64,000 nt of DNA from Leucoraja erinacea (taxonomy: Eukaryota), in NCBI RefSeq assembly GCF_028641065.1, contig NC_073404.1, positions 13,454,001 through 13,518,000 of the forward strand, given 5' to 3'. The position numbers were made by a program, and so were the translations under genes. Below are positions 48,301 through 61,169 of the stretch, piece after piece (the stretch's first letter is position 1; the number at the start of each line of letters is the position of its first letter). The notes under the pieces were generated by a model. That model had not been told where the DNA came from and did not search any database. It was given only the letters and a program-made list of their open reading frames with translations.

Positions 48301-51300
48301 CAAAGGGCAGACAATGTCTCAGAACCTTGCCTATTGACAAAGCAGAAGTCTCAGAGAGTGAAATCCAAAACTCCCTCGAGCCACTATATAGAGGCCCAGC
48401 ACAGTAATACAAATTAAGATCAAAAAGGAGCTAAACTTACACTTTGGTGAGACACCTGATCTGTGAGATGAGGCTCTGCTAGCTGAGATTTGCAGGATCC
48501 TCAGGGATGTTTGTACTGAATCCTCAGGCTCAATTACATACCCTACAACTGAGGGTATGGGCAGGAGGTCTGAGGGGAGCAATGGAGAGTTACTCAACAT
48601 TCTGGGCATTAAAAGTATATAAAATTATGAAAGGCATTCAGGAGAGACAGAACCTGTTTTCCCTGGGTAGAAATGTCAAAGACTAGATGACATAGATTTA
48701 AAGAGAGAAAAGCAGTTTAAAGGTAAGATATTTTTTACACAAAGTGATGGGTGCCTGGAACACACTGCCAGGGGTGGTAGTGGAGGCAGATGTATTTGTA
48801 GCATTTAAGACTCTTTTTAGACAGACATTTGGATATGCAGGAAATGGAGGGATATGAATCACCTAGTCAGAGGAGATTAGTTTAATGTGGCATCATGTTT
48901 GGCACGAACCTTGTTGGCTAAAGGGCCTTGTCCTGTGCTGGTTCCATTGTTTGTTCTATGTTAAATACATACAACAGGTGGTTAATGTTGGGCTGTTCAG
49001 CATGGGATTGAGGGGTGTACAGCAGAGGGGACAGTATGGTATTAAGTGAGCTGACACTGGCCAGATTAATTGCAGTGACTCGTTCCGTGTCTGTATATTC
49101 CTCTGATCATGATCAACTGTGGGAAAATTCTTCAGACATAAATAGACATAAATAAAAGTGGCATAAACCATCTGATGACTGACTGTTTAGCAGGGGGGGG
49201 GGGGGGGGGTGGGGGAGGTTGTTTACAGTACTGTTGGATCCTGGAATGTGACTGTATTTAACGCCTGCTATCTTCTCCACAGTTGGTACTTGAAAGCCCA
49301 ACAGATTGCACCGAAAAATGGGCGCCCCTACAACCAACTTGCTATTCTGGCCATCTACACGGTGAGACCATTGCTTGTCCTAACATGCTCTTGGATCATA
49401 GCTTTTACTGAGAAGCACAAGTTATGTACTTTGACCTTTCAAATTTTAACCTGTTAGTGGATTGAATCCCGACGTATGAAGGGTGTATATTTACAGTTTG
49501 TGTTTTCACCTCCGCCTGCATCTCAGTTCCTAGTACAATCAATCATAACATACAGGCTAGAATACCTCCCACTGGTGGCTTATTAACAACCTCCCTCAGC
49601 CGATGATTCAATCCTCCTGTAGACAATTTTTCCAGCAGTTTATTTTCTGCAATGGACATGTTTAAATTGGCATTTGGCAGCTCCAGCATCCCCAGATTTA
49701 ACTCTGCAAAACCCCCGTTTTTGTTAAGGAAGTAAGCGGCCATCTGGAATTCCATTGCTTCTGAAAACACTGCCTGAGACAGTGGTTGAAGCTGGATCGC
49801 TGAGAGCATTGACGAAGTAGCTCGATTAACATTTAAATTACCTAGGCATAGAGGGCTATGGACCAAGTGCTGGACAACTGAATGGCGATGAAAGGATGCA
49901 TGGATGAGATGGGCTGAATGGCCTGTTTCCATGCTGGATGAATTAATGATTCTATGAATACGAGAACTATCTTCCCTTTGAAGAGATTATGGGATCTTTT
50001 AACAAATTTAAAAACAAACTATAGTTTAATGACTGCAAATACCTGCAGTGTTCTTGGTTTAAGATAGACACAAAATGCTGGAGTAACTCAGCCGGACAGG
50101 CAGCATCTGTGGAGAGAAGGAATGGGTGACATTTCAGGTCGAGACCCTTCTTCAGACCGATGTCAGGGGAGTGGTCGGTACAGAGATAAAATGTAGTCGG
50201 AAACAGTAAGACTGGTAGAACTGGGAAGGGGATGGAGAGAGAAAGAGAGAGAGGGAAAGCAAGGGCTACTTGAAGTCAGAGAAGTGAATGTTCATACTGG
50301 TGGGGTGTAAGCTATCCAAGCTAAATATGAGGTGTTGTTCCTAAAGTTTGCACTGGGCCTCACTCTGACAATGGAGGATGCCCAGGACAGAAAGGCCAGT
50401 GTGGGAGTGGGAGTAAAAGTGTTTAGCAACCGGGAGATCAGGTAGGTTTAGGCAGACTAAGAGGAGGTGTTCGACGAAACGATCGCCGAGCCTGCTCTTG
50501 GTATCGCCGATATACAAGAGTCCACACCTGGAGGCGAGTTGTAGGGACAGGTGTTGCATCTCCTGCGGTTGCAGGGTAAAGTACCTGGGGAGAGGATGGT
50601 TTGGGTGAGAAGGGACGAGTTGATCGGGGAGTTGCGGAGGGAACGGTCTCTGCGGAAAGCAGAAAGGGGTGGAGATGGGAAGATGTGGCCAGTAATGGGA
50701 TCCCGTTGGAGGTGGCGAAAAAGTTGGAGGATCTTGTGCTGCATGCGATGGCTGATGGGGTGGAAGGAGAGGACAAGGGGGACTGTCCTTGTTATGAATG
50801 GGGGGAGGGGGAGCAAGAGCAGAGCTGCAGGATATCGAGGAGACCCTAGTGAGAGCATCTATAGTGCAAGAGGGGAACCCCCGTTTCCTAAAGAATGAGG
50901 ACATCTCTGATGACCTGGTATGGAACACCTCATCCTGGGCGCAGATGCGGCGTAAACAGGGGAATAGGGAGTAGGGGGATAGACTACAGAAAGCAGTGTG
51001 GGTTGTGGGTGGTGTTCTTAGTTTAGTTTAGTTTGGATTAGAGGTACAGAATAGAAACAGGCCCTTAGGCCCACCGAGTTCACACCGATCATCGATCACC
51101 TATATACTAGTTCTTCACTACATTGCTCTCTGTCAAACTAGCACGGAAGGGCTTAAGTCCATAATTATCAGCCTTTCAGCTGAATTGGTACCAACTGATC
51201 ATCACACACCCTTTTCAGAATCTCTGTCTTACTATCTGCTTCTGTCTGAGCAGAATGAACAGGAAACGGGTCTGTGCAGAAATGAGCCTTCAGACAGCTG

Positions 51301-54300
51301 GGTGCTGCAGCCACCACTGGGTGGCGGCATGGTTCCATTACTGTGGTGCGTGGTGACCATAGGTCGGCTGTGCTTTCACTTTAGTGTAGCAGCCGCTTAA
51401 AATGTCATGACAGCAGGGTAAATAAATTGATGGGTGTTGCCTGTGTGTGATTGCACCCATCATCAGAAGAAGTGCTGGAGGAACTCAGTGGCTCAGGCAG
51501 CATCTGTGGTGGGAAATGGTCGGATGTTTTTGGGTCGGGACCCTTCTTCAGACTGATGGAGTGGTGGGCAGATAGTTAGTAGAAATAGGTGTGGGGAAAG
51601 GATTGGGCAAGAACTGGCAAGTGATAGATGGAAGCAGGTGAGGAGGGTTTATTGGCAGATGAATCAGGTGGGGGAGGGAAAGGTAGAGATGGTCAGAAAG
51701 GCCGGATGTGATGTGGAATGCCCTGAGCATAGGATTTAACCATCAGCAACCTCAGCCAACACTTGAACTTATGAACTGTAACCACCTGATGCCATTGGTA
51801 GCTAGATTTATTTATAGAGTCATACAACGCAGAAAAATGCCCTTTGGCTCAACATTTATATACTGACTATCTACAATAATCCTGTTTACCAGGACGTGGT
51901 ATGTAGCATTCAATGCATTACAGTGCGCAGCCGACTATCTGAATGTTTTGACAATCCCAGCCCCTACCATCTCGCTGTGTGCATTTCGGATACCAGCCAC
52001 TCTCTGGGTGAAATAATTCTTCCTCAGATTCCTTCTAAACCTTTTACTCGTAAACTCAAACTTATGCCTTCTGATCTTAGACAGGACTTGGTAGGGGTAT
52101 AACAATACAAGCATTTGAGGCTAATGTTTTTTACATAGAGAGTGGTTGATATCTTGAACTCACTGTCAGAAGAGGTGGAAGAATCAGATATAGCCAGTAT
52201 GTGTAAGATATTTAGACAGGCGCTTAATTAGCCATGGCATAGAAGGATATGGACCAAGTGCAGGCAAATGGGATTATTATATATGGGCAAAAAAATTGGT
52301 ATTGACATGGTGGATTGAAAGGGCCATTTCTATGCAGTAAGACCACTCTATAGCCGCTGCCACATGGAAACGATTCTTATTATCTATCCTGTTTGTGTCT
52401 GTCATGATTTGGTATTTAACTCTATTTGGTCCCCCTTGGTCCTTCTGTACTCAGAGGAAAACTTTGGCTGTACCGCACGGCCGTGCACCTTCTGTGAACA
52501 TGTTTAAGAAAGAACTGCAGATGCTGGAAAAATCGAAGGTAGACAAAAATGCTGGAAAAACTCAGCGGATGAGACATGCAAGGATTGCATGAAGCTGCCT
52601 CACTCGCTGAGTTTCTCCAGCATTTTTGTCTACCGTCTGTAAACACGTGATTTGATGCCTGCCATCCGGGGCGGGATCCATGTGTACACGTGATAGATGT
52701 GGCCCGCCATCTGCTCACAGACATGCGCCCTGGCCCCTTTGCAGAACAAGGTTGTGTTGTGCAATTAACCTGATTTGATAAGGGAATTCGAGGTAAATGA
52801 GCCATTGGGCAGTAGTGATCATAATATGTTAAATTTTATTCTACAATTTGAGAGGGAGAAGGGAAAATCGGAAGTGTCAGTATTACAAGTGAACAAAGGG
52901 TACTATGGAGCCATGAGGGAAGAGCTGGCCAAAGTTGGAAAGATACCCTAGCAGGGATGACAGTGGAACAACAATAGCGGGTATTTCTGGGAATAATTCA
53001 GAAGGTGCAGGATCAGTTCATTCCAAAGAGGAAGAAAGATTCCAAGGGGAGTAAGGGGTATGTGAAGAGGAAATAATTAGTTAAGACCAAAGTTGGACCC
53101 TTGAAGACTGAAACAGGTGAATTTATTATGGGGAACAAGGAAATGGCAGATGAGTTGAACAGGTACTTTGGATCTGTCTTCACTAAGGAAAACAATCTCC
53201 CTGATGTACTAGTAGCCAGAGGATCTAGGGCAGTGGTTCCCAACGTGGGGCATACGCCCCACAGGGGGGCAATTTGATTTTTAAGGGGGGCAATTGAGCG
53301 CGACTGAGGAGGTCTGGGTCCAAATTTTCGATTTTAATTTTTTTGGATTTTCCATCCGGTAAACATATGTAGTTTATGTTTCAGATGTTATTTTGAGTAA
53401 ATAATATTTTTTGGGTAAAAAAGGTCTTTATTGCGTAGTTATTACATAATCACCACAATGTTCTTTTGAAGCTTGTTTAAACCAAGGTATTGGCGTTTTA
53501 AGCTTCTTCAGCTGAAACGGAGTTCACTTTTTAAATGACAAGAATTACATATCACCACATGGGGGGGGGGGGTGGCGGGGCATCAGGATTTTAGAGGTGA
53601 TTAGGTGGGGCATGGCCAAAAAAAGGTTGGGAACCACTGATCTAGGGTGACGGAGTAACTGAAGGAAATTCACACCAGGCAGGAAATGGTGTTGGGTGGA
53701 CTGATGGGACTGAAGGCTGATAAACCCCCAGGGCCTGATGGTCTGCATCCCAGGGTACTTAAGGAAGTGGCTCTAGAAATCATGGACGCATTGGTGATCA
53801 TTTTCCAATGTTCTATAGATTCACAATTAGTTCCTGAGGATTGGAGGGTAGCTAATGTTATCCCACTTTTTAAGAAGGGCGGGATAGAGAAAACAGGGAA
53901 AACAGGGAATTATGGACCAGTTAGCCTGACACCAGGGAAGATGGGGAAGATGATGGAGTCAATTATAAAAGATGAAATAGTGGCACATTTGGATAGCAGT
54001 AACAGGATCGGTCCGAGTCAGTATGGATTTACGAAGGAGAGTTGAGTATAGGAGCTAAGAGGTGCTTCTGCATTTGTACAGGGCCCTAGTGAGACCACAC
54101 CTGGTGTAATGTGTGCAGTTTTGGACTCCAGATTTGAGGAAGGTCATTCTTGCTATTGAGGGAGAGGTTCACGAGGATGGTGGGATTAATTCCCGGGATG
54201 GCTGGACTGTCATATGTTGATAGAATGAAGTGGTTGGGCTTGTATATTCTGGAATTTAGAAGGATGAGAAGGGATCTTATTGAAACATATAAGGTTATTA

Positions 54301-57300
54301 AGGGTTTGGAAACGCTAGAGGCAGGAAATATGTTCCCGATGTTGCGGGAGTCCAGAATCAGGGACCACGGTTTAAGAATAAGGGGTAAGCCATTTAGAAC
54401 AAAGATGAGGAAATACTTTTTCCACACAGAGGGTTGTGAATCTGTGGAATTCTCTGCTTCAGAAGGCAGTGGAGGCCAATTCTCTGGATGCTTTCAAGAG
54501 ATAGTTAGATAGAGCTCTTAAAGGTAGGGATATGGGGAGAAGGCAGGAACGGGGTACTGATTGTGGATGATCAGCCATGATCACAGTGAATGGCGGTGCT
54601 GACTCGAAGGGCCAAATGGCCTACTGATGTACCTATTGTCTATTGTTTAAATTGGACTGTCCCAGTAGGCCAACTTGGTCGGCCTGGTCAATGTGGGCCG
54701 AACGGCCTGTTTCTGTGCTGTATAGTTCTATGAATGCTGTTGGGTGGGAGAACAGAATGGACTGTGTTTGGCTGCTGTTTCTCTCTGTATTCCTGTGTTT
54801 ACTGCACAAGGAAAAACCACAATACATTCCCACTGGATAATTGCTTTACTTTGTGCTGAAATAAGGCTGACCCAGGGGCATTGGAATTTCCCGGAATGTC
54901 AGCAGCCAGAGGGTTAATGGTCAAGAGCAGTTGGAAATGTACCCAGGAGAGTGGGCTGGTATGCAGCTATCTCATTGTTACCAAGTGTTGTCATCTGGGC
55001 AGCCACTGTGGGAGAGTTGAGAGCAGCAAGATTTCGGTTGTGGAGCTGAACTGTTGGCCAGCGTTTAACTTTGTTTTTCCCATTTACACTGAAATTTGCC
55101 ACTTCTTGGCTGAGTGGAGAAATGAAGCATTTGACAGTGAGAAGATAGCTTTTCCATGTTGTCCTCCTTTCTCCATATCCCCAGGGCTGCAGATCATGCC
55201 TTTTGTCAGATGAAAGCTTGAGCATTTTTAGGGCTGAGGTGTGCTGGAATCTGTTTTCTTGCTCCCGTACCCTCTCAACGGAACGAGGCAACGTGGAGTT
55301 TGTGGGCCGGCTGCTTATCGGGACGGGGAAAGCAGTTGTTGGGTGATTACTGATTCAGCTGCTGTCTTCGTGATCTCTATTCGGGATTGAAGCTGATGTG
55401 TTAGTCAGTTAATTAATCTGTGTACGTTTAACCCAAATTTGATAGAAAAGGAGGTAGGATTCTCAGAGGAATGTTCCTCGAGGAAGGGCACTGATGGTCC
55501 AATCCCTCTTTCATGGTATGAATCCACTTATCCAAGCTGGAATAAAACAGCAACATTTGAATAAGTTGGAGCTCCCAGCTCTCCTGATGCATAGCCTCTC
55601 CCTCAACGGTGCAGATGCACAGAGCCACTGGTTTTCCCAGGTACTGAGTTGCTTGTTTCTCCTTCCCCTTGTCTGAGAACGCCAACTTGAGGCCAGGATC
55701 ATTATCTAATAATCCTGGGTCTCATATCTCCCCACAGCTGTATTTGTGGCAAATTTTTCATTAATTTTGGAACGATGTGTTAGTGCCCAGGATAGAGCAA
55801 GAGGGGAAGCCTGCCAAACCAGCAACCGATTCAATGTCCAAAGAGTGCAGGGAAGATCTACAAGGATGCTGTCAGGACTCGAGGGCTTAAGCTGCAGGGG
55901 GAGGTTTGGCAGGCTTGGACTTTATTCCTGAGACCACTGGAGACTGAGGAGTGATCTTATTGAGATGTATAAAGTCATGACGGGGCATAGATATGGTGAA
56001 TGCAGTGGTGTAGGAGAATCAAAAACAAGAGGTCATAGATTTAAGGTAAGATTAGAAAATTTTTGTGAGGTGCAACTTTTACACATGGGGTGGTGAATGG
56101 ATCGAGTTACCAGAGGAACTAGTTGAATAAGGTGTACGACATTTGGACAGATAAATGGACAGCAACAGTTTGGAGGGACGTCGGGCAAATGGGATTGGCT
56201 GAGATGGGTCACGTTGGACGAATTGGGCCAAAGGGCCTATTTCTGTGTGCTGTGTGACACTGAGCGCCTGCTCCACCTTGCCTGGTGTCAGCCAGAGTAG
56301 TCTGCTCACTTGTCAGATGTTTCAGACAAACACTGGCAGCGGAATGGCAACACAAAATACTGGATTTATGTTTAGAATTGCGACCCCCCCCTCCCCTCGC
56401 CCCAATTTTAGAATCCCACCGTTTCCACGAGATAAAAGCAGAGTAAATAGACATTGGTGGAGGAAAGCTGTGAGACACTTTTGTATCTCGAATTGCAATG
56501 GATTATCCCAGGTTAGTGAGCTTGTCGACTGATGTGAGCCCAACTCTCTTGCAACAGCTTGTGCACACCGCCAACAATCCTCCTGATTCTTCTCACTAAA
56601 TTTCTTATTTAGGACAACACATCTGCATGTTCCTGTTTAAAAAATCTGGTGAAGAGGAGCAGGGAGGTTTCCCGCCGTGCTGGCCAACATTCCAGCCCAG
56701 GCTGACGGTCCCAGAAACAGAGCAGCTATCCTGTCCTCCCCCTGCTGCCCTTGGGATCGTTCTATGTACAGAATGGTGGGAGTAGTCCCTTGCACAAGTC
56801 ACTGCACTTCCTTCTCTAAAGTACTCTTGAGAATGTGAACCCCGTAACTGTAATGAACCTTCAATTAATCCGAACCTTTGAAAATGAGACGTCAACCCTC
56901 AGCATAACCTGAACAAACGTAACAACTGGGGCAGGTTCTCTGTGCCACTAGATGTCAGTGGTTCACATGAGAATTGCGCTGAGGAAAGTATTTGAAGTGT
57001 TAATGAGGAGTCATTGTATTCCCAAAGGGATTGCTGATTAAATTTCACATTTGAAATGGGGTAAGGAATTCGATCTCGTGGCACTGAAAGCTGCAGTGCG
57101 TGGGTTTGATGTTGAGTCGGTGCCAGCATATTGCAAGAAATGGAACAGATTTTGTCTCTTTTTTTTAGGAATTTTAATCTTTTTTGGAGTTGGACCTCAA
57201 CACCCTCACCTCACGTGAGGTGTGTGGAGCTGCCTGTCTGCGGGCAGCCTTTGGTGGATATTGCAGTGACCCAGTGAAATCTTAGTTTGGGATTTGGACA

Positions 57301-60300
57301 TGCAGCGAGCGAATATTTCTCTCCTCGTTAAGCTGTAGTTGTCAGTATTGTTTTCTGTGCACCCATGCTGATAAGGGCATTGAAAAGGCTGAGTGCTCGC
57401 ACACCTCACGAAACAGCCAGGGGCCGTGTCAGGGGTGCGAGAAAGCTGCTTTATTATATTTGTGTTGGGTCTGATAAATCTGAGCCCTGGTCCTCAGAGG
57501 GGTAAAGCCAATGGGGAAAAAATGTCCAGCGGTTTTATGAAACTTGGATAATTTATGACTAATAGATTTCAGTGAAAATGAAGTAATTGTGGGAATGCGT
57601 AGTAATTGGGTTCAGCTGAGCTTTGTCTGCGTTTTAAACTGGTTTCATCTTTGCTTTTTTTTTGTTTTTCTGTTAACAGAGGCGGAAGCTGGATGCTGTA
57701 TACTATTACATGCGGAGTCTGGCTGCCAGTAATCCAATTCTTACAGCTCGAGAGAGTCTGATGAGCCTCTTCGAAGAAACCAAGAGGAAGGTCAGTCTGT
57801 CGCTCAGTGCAGGCAGCAAGCTGGCAGAGTTATTCTGTGTGTGCGTGCGTGGGAGGGAGGGAGAGAGCAAGTGAACGAGCTTGGCTTTTGCTGGTGTTTA
57901 CTTAGTCATAAACAGACCTTGGTGGCAGTGCTGGAAGGCTCTATGAGATCTCTGTGACTTGTTGAGAACAAAAAAACAAGTTGCCTGGGCCGTGTGAAAA
58001 TGACCATTCCTGCCTTCTGCACGATTCTGATGGCAAGCTTGGCAAGTGGACAAGCTGTGATCAAAGCACTGCTCGTCTCTCAAAATAAACAGAATAAACT
58101 GTGCTTGAACACTTTGGGGAGGTTGAAAAGGCTGCTCTCACTGAAAGTCAGAGTGCAGGATTGCACAGGGATATGATGCATATTTTTAAAGAAATAACCA
58201 TTCCAAGAAGATGAAAACTTCATCATACGAAGTAGATGGATCCCAGAGTCTACTGAAGGCCTGTCTATATATTCATCATGCCAGACTGGACTCCCTGCCA
58301 CTGCTTCCATTCGTCAATTCCATGTAGTTTGGGGTGACCATCCCCTGTAATTCTTTCCATCACATACATTTCTTCTGCTGTGTGACATGAACAGAATCTT
58401 TCACATTAACAGTAGAAATATATATGGAAAAGAAAAAGAGAAAGAGAAGAAATCTTGCCTCTTTCTCTAGAAATCACCACCGGCTACCTTCAGGGCAGGA
58501 GCAGCATAGCTTAGGCATAGAAATAAGGTCCTCTACACTGACCTATCTCGCACGCCTCTCTCACCATAAACCTATGCCCCCTTAGTTTAATACTCTCCTT
58601 CAATTTTTCACAGAGTAGAACTGGGATACTCTGAGTTTCGGCTTACAGGTTGACAGCTGCGCAAGCTTAGAGCTATGTTCTGAAGGATTTCATTCCCTTG
58701 CACTGACCTCACAGTGATTAGACGACGAGTTCTGAATAACCCATGCCCGTGTCCTGCCGCTGATTTCTGCTCACTAACATTTCCCTGGTCACTCACTATT
58801 TTAAATGCGAGAAACAGGGTGCAGAATGGGAAGTTTACAGATGGGGTGATCTTGGAACATACAGAAGGAGCCCCGTGCACTGGGCAGCTACAAGTATTCA
58901 GACCAACGAGAGCTAATAATCATGAGCAGCAACCCCTGGTCGCCAGTTCGGTACCTGATTTGAGTTTGGTTCAAATGTTCGAGTTGGTTTAGGTTTTGAG
59001 ATTTCACTAATCTCTCTACAATCCAAGTTCATTCTCCTTTCCCATTCACTCCGATTTCTGATAGTCTCTTCAGATTTCCACAGTGCACTGCTGCATCGAT
59101 ACATTTGGATGTGAGCTATTCTAGGTCCAGATCACTTTCCTTGCCCTTGTATTCCAGACCCCTTGTGGCAGGAAGGCAAGTTCACTGTCTCCACTGCCCC
59201 CCCCCCCCCCACCGCGCATCTATGATGTGCTTGTGAGCTGATGCTGCTACCCCTGTTCTTGGGGGCAGGTGGGCCGTAGGCAGTGGGACAGATTGCAGGG
59301 TAGCAATGTAGAATTGCAGGGACATGGTGGAATGGAACGGGCAAAAGAAACAATACTGATGGAGCACTGAGCTGTTTGAATGTTTAGCAATGGAATATTC
59401 TCATGGAGTTGTGGGGCAAGGTGAGGGTGGGACATGACAAAGGGCCTTTCTGGTGAACTGAGAGGTGTTGCGATGGGGTGCAACTCAGCGGTGGGCAGTT
59501 CTTGTGGAGCTGTGGGATTGGTGAAGTGAACATTGCAGCAGTTTGAGCTGGTGGAGCTATGGTAAGTTGAACAGTGATAAATTAGATGGAGTTCAGAGTT
59601 AGAAATCTATCATGGTGCAGCACTCTAGGCTATACATTGTGAATATCAATGTTATATTTGCTATGCAGAAACAAGGAACTGCAGATGCTGCTTTATCAAG
59701 GAAGGACACCAAATGCTGGAGTAGCTCAGCGGATCAAGCAGCATCCCTGGGAAACATAGATAGGTGACATTTCGGTTCGGGACTGTCTTCAGACTGACTT
59801 TGACACCTATCCATGATCTCCAGCGATGCCGCAAGACCCGCTGAGCTCCTCCAGCATTTTGTGTCTTTCCTCCATTATATTTTCTGCCTTTGTTCTTAAA
59901 ATGACTATTTGTATTGATGTTTCTTTGTGAAGTCATGGCTATTTAAAGTCATTGCTGTAGGACGATTGTCCCCAATCGCAGCTTATAAGATTATGAATGT
60001 CTGCACTATCATTACTTTCCTTGGATGATCAAAAGACCAGACTCTGCTCACTTTTTCGAGAGAATTACAAATTTACAACTTTGGTATAATATGTGATCTA
60101 CGCTTAATCCTGAGTGCTTCTGTCTGTGTTTGCAGGAGCCTCCCACCCTCACCCCCATACCAACATCTCCGAGGGAGGGAGAAGATCTGAGCTCAGTAGA
60201 TTGGTTTTGTAATAATTAATTGCTTAACATTAATTTTTACAATATGTAGGGAGTGGATGAGAATGTGGGATAACATAGAACTGGTGTGAACGGGTGTTTG

Positions 60301-61169
60301 ATGGCCAGCGTGGACTTGGGCCGAAGGGTCTGTTTTCATGCTGCATCTTTCAATCAATCAATGATTTTACTATACCCTTGATGGGCTTTCTATTCCAATA
60401 ACCTCTGATTATCCCTGAGGGTGTCCCAATTGCCTCAATCTGGGCTTCTGTCTCAAGGGAAACGAAGAGGGTCTGAGCATCAAGAATTAGGGTGTTTGCT
60501 GCCTCTGAGTTTCTTTAAGACGCAGCACATCAATATCAGAGAACAGCGGTCCTGATTAAGACTCGAGCCATGAACTGAACCACTGCTGGATCAATTTTCT
60601 TGGTCTCGTTGTACCCTTGATGAAACTACAAAAGCCCTTACACAATCTGGTTGATATGCCACTTCAGATCCATCAATGTGGTTAACTCTGAAACAGCCCT
60701 TCTGGTTAGTATCAGCTCAATTTTGCTTTTTTGATGCACAAAACTTTAACCGAAATGCAATGGCGTTTTGGTGTTTCCCAGCATCACTTACTTTGCAAAT
60801 TTCATGGTCACTTGGAAGTAGTTAAATGATAAAGCTTAAAGCATGGTGGGGTATACCCGGGTTATGAAAGTAACTTTGCTGTAGTAACTGTCACCTCAGT
60901 GACTGCACCTGACCACCCTGGTTGCATCATGTCTTTGTTTATTGCAGGCTGAGCAGGCCGAGTTCAAGAGGCACAAAGAATCTGATCAGAGCCCAAGCTC
61001 CAGAGCCAAGGGCAGAAAGCAGATGTTCAGGCACGTTGGGGAAGATTCCAGCAGGGTGGAGGTTTGGATCCACACCTCACATCCCCACTTCTCCCAGGGT
61101 AATGAATTGAACAGGGACGATGCGACTTCAGAGCAGGATGAAGATCTCGGAAATCTATCTCCTAGTGAT
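39127..61169 (+). CDS. SMG6: SMG6 (EST1A) NMD endonuclease, exons 1-8; the gene continues past the window and the PIN domain is not included
   Basis: In-frame exons 39127-39217, 40001-41849, 44806-44998, 45397-45507, 45908-46014, 49283-49361, 57680-57790, 60948-61169 (2763 nt). N-terminus MADCLERVRVS, EJC-binding motifs, RRLWDPNNPDQKPAL, and TPR/14-3-3-like motifs WKNAFYQVIE, GDIARYRE, PKNGRPYNQLA, DAVYYYMRSLAASNP. Confidence 0.96.
39779..39913. other. assembly gap (135 N) within C-rich low-complexity DNA of SMG6 intron 1
   Basis: Run of N. Confidence 0.99.
40001..41849 (+). CDS. SMG6: SMG6 exon 2 (large disordered exon with EJC-binding motifs)
   Basis: ttccag|DVSTKEPRLRKDNRRPDIQIYQPG...KKPDRQIYQP...GLERMALL, AG|gtgagc; corresponds to ORF 40024-41853. 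Confidence 0.96.
41889..42231 (-). mobile_element. tRNA-derived SINE (HE1/V-SINE-like)
   Basis: Reverse complement GGGCAACAGTGGCGCAGCGG A-box, GGATCGATCC B-box, (CTAAA)n tail. Confidence 0.82.
44806..44998 (+). CDS. SMG6: SMG6 exon 3
   Basis: tatag|RAEILLLYERCILTDIEYSDNQNVEQTMWKNAFYQVIEKFRQ...LLDE|gtgagc. Confidence 0.95.
45397..45507 (+). CDS. SMG6: SMG6 exon 4
   Basis: tttcag|GTKFFDSLLHKLQVTYQFKLEDYMDGMAIRNKPLRKV|gtgagt. Confidence 0.95.
45908..46014 (+). CDS. SMG6: SMG6 exon 5
   Basis: ctctag|VKYALISAQRCLICQGDIARYREQANDTTNYGKAR|gtgcag. Confidence 0.95.
46845..47170 (+). mobile_element. tRNA-derived SINE (HE1/V-SINE-like)
   Basis: GGGCGGCACAGTGGCGTAGCGG head, GGAGTTTGTACATTCTCCC core, AAAGT-repeat tail. 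Confidence 0.82.
49283..49361 (+). CDS. SMG6: SMG6 exon 6
   Basis: ccacag|SWYLKAQQIAPKNGRPYNQLAILAIYT|gtgaga. Confidence 0.95.
50064..50985 (-). mobile_element. Penelope-like retroelement 3' part (GIY-YIG plus terminal repeat with near-intact hammerhead core at 50125-50158)
   Basis: ORF 50341-50928: SEMSSFFRKRGFP...CGLLYIGDTKSRLGDRFVEH...PVAKHF. Confidence 0.88.
52538..52634. repeat. fold-back inverted dimer of the Penelope terminal repeat
   Basis: ggtagacaaaaatgctgg..ctcagcg pairs with cgctgag..ccagcatttttgtctacc. Confidence 0.8.
52760..54645 (+). mobile_element. CR1 LINE ORF2 remnant with internal deletions and 3' tail
   Basis: PLGSSDHN, PGPDGLHPRVLKEVA, DWRVANVIPLFKKG, YGPVSLT, RMRRDLIETYKVIKGL, (ctattgt)n tail. 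Confidence 0.9.
53231..53639. mobile_element. non-autonomous hAT (Charlie-like) element nested in CR1
   Basis: 14-bp TIRs CAGTGGTTCCCAAC / GTTGGGAACCACTG; 8-bp TSD ATCTAGGG at 53223-53230 and 53640-53647. Confidence 0.92.
57680..57790 (+). CDS. SMG6: SMG6 exon 7
   Basis: taacag|RRKLDAVYYYMRSLAASNPILTARESLMSLFEETKRK|gtcagt. Confidence 0.95.
60948..61169 (+). CDS. SMG6: SMG6 exon 8
   Basis: ttgcag|AEQAEFKRHKE...FRHVGEDSSRVEVWIH...LGNLSPSD|gtaagt. Confidence 0.93.
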
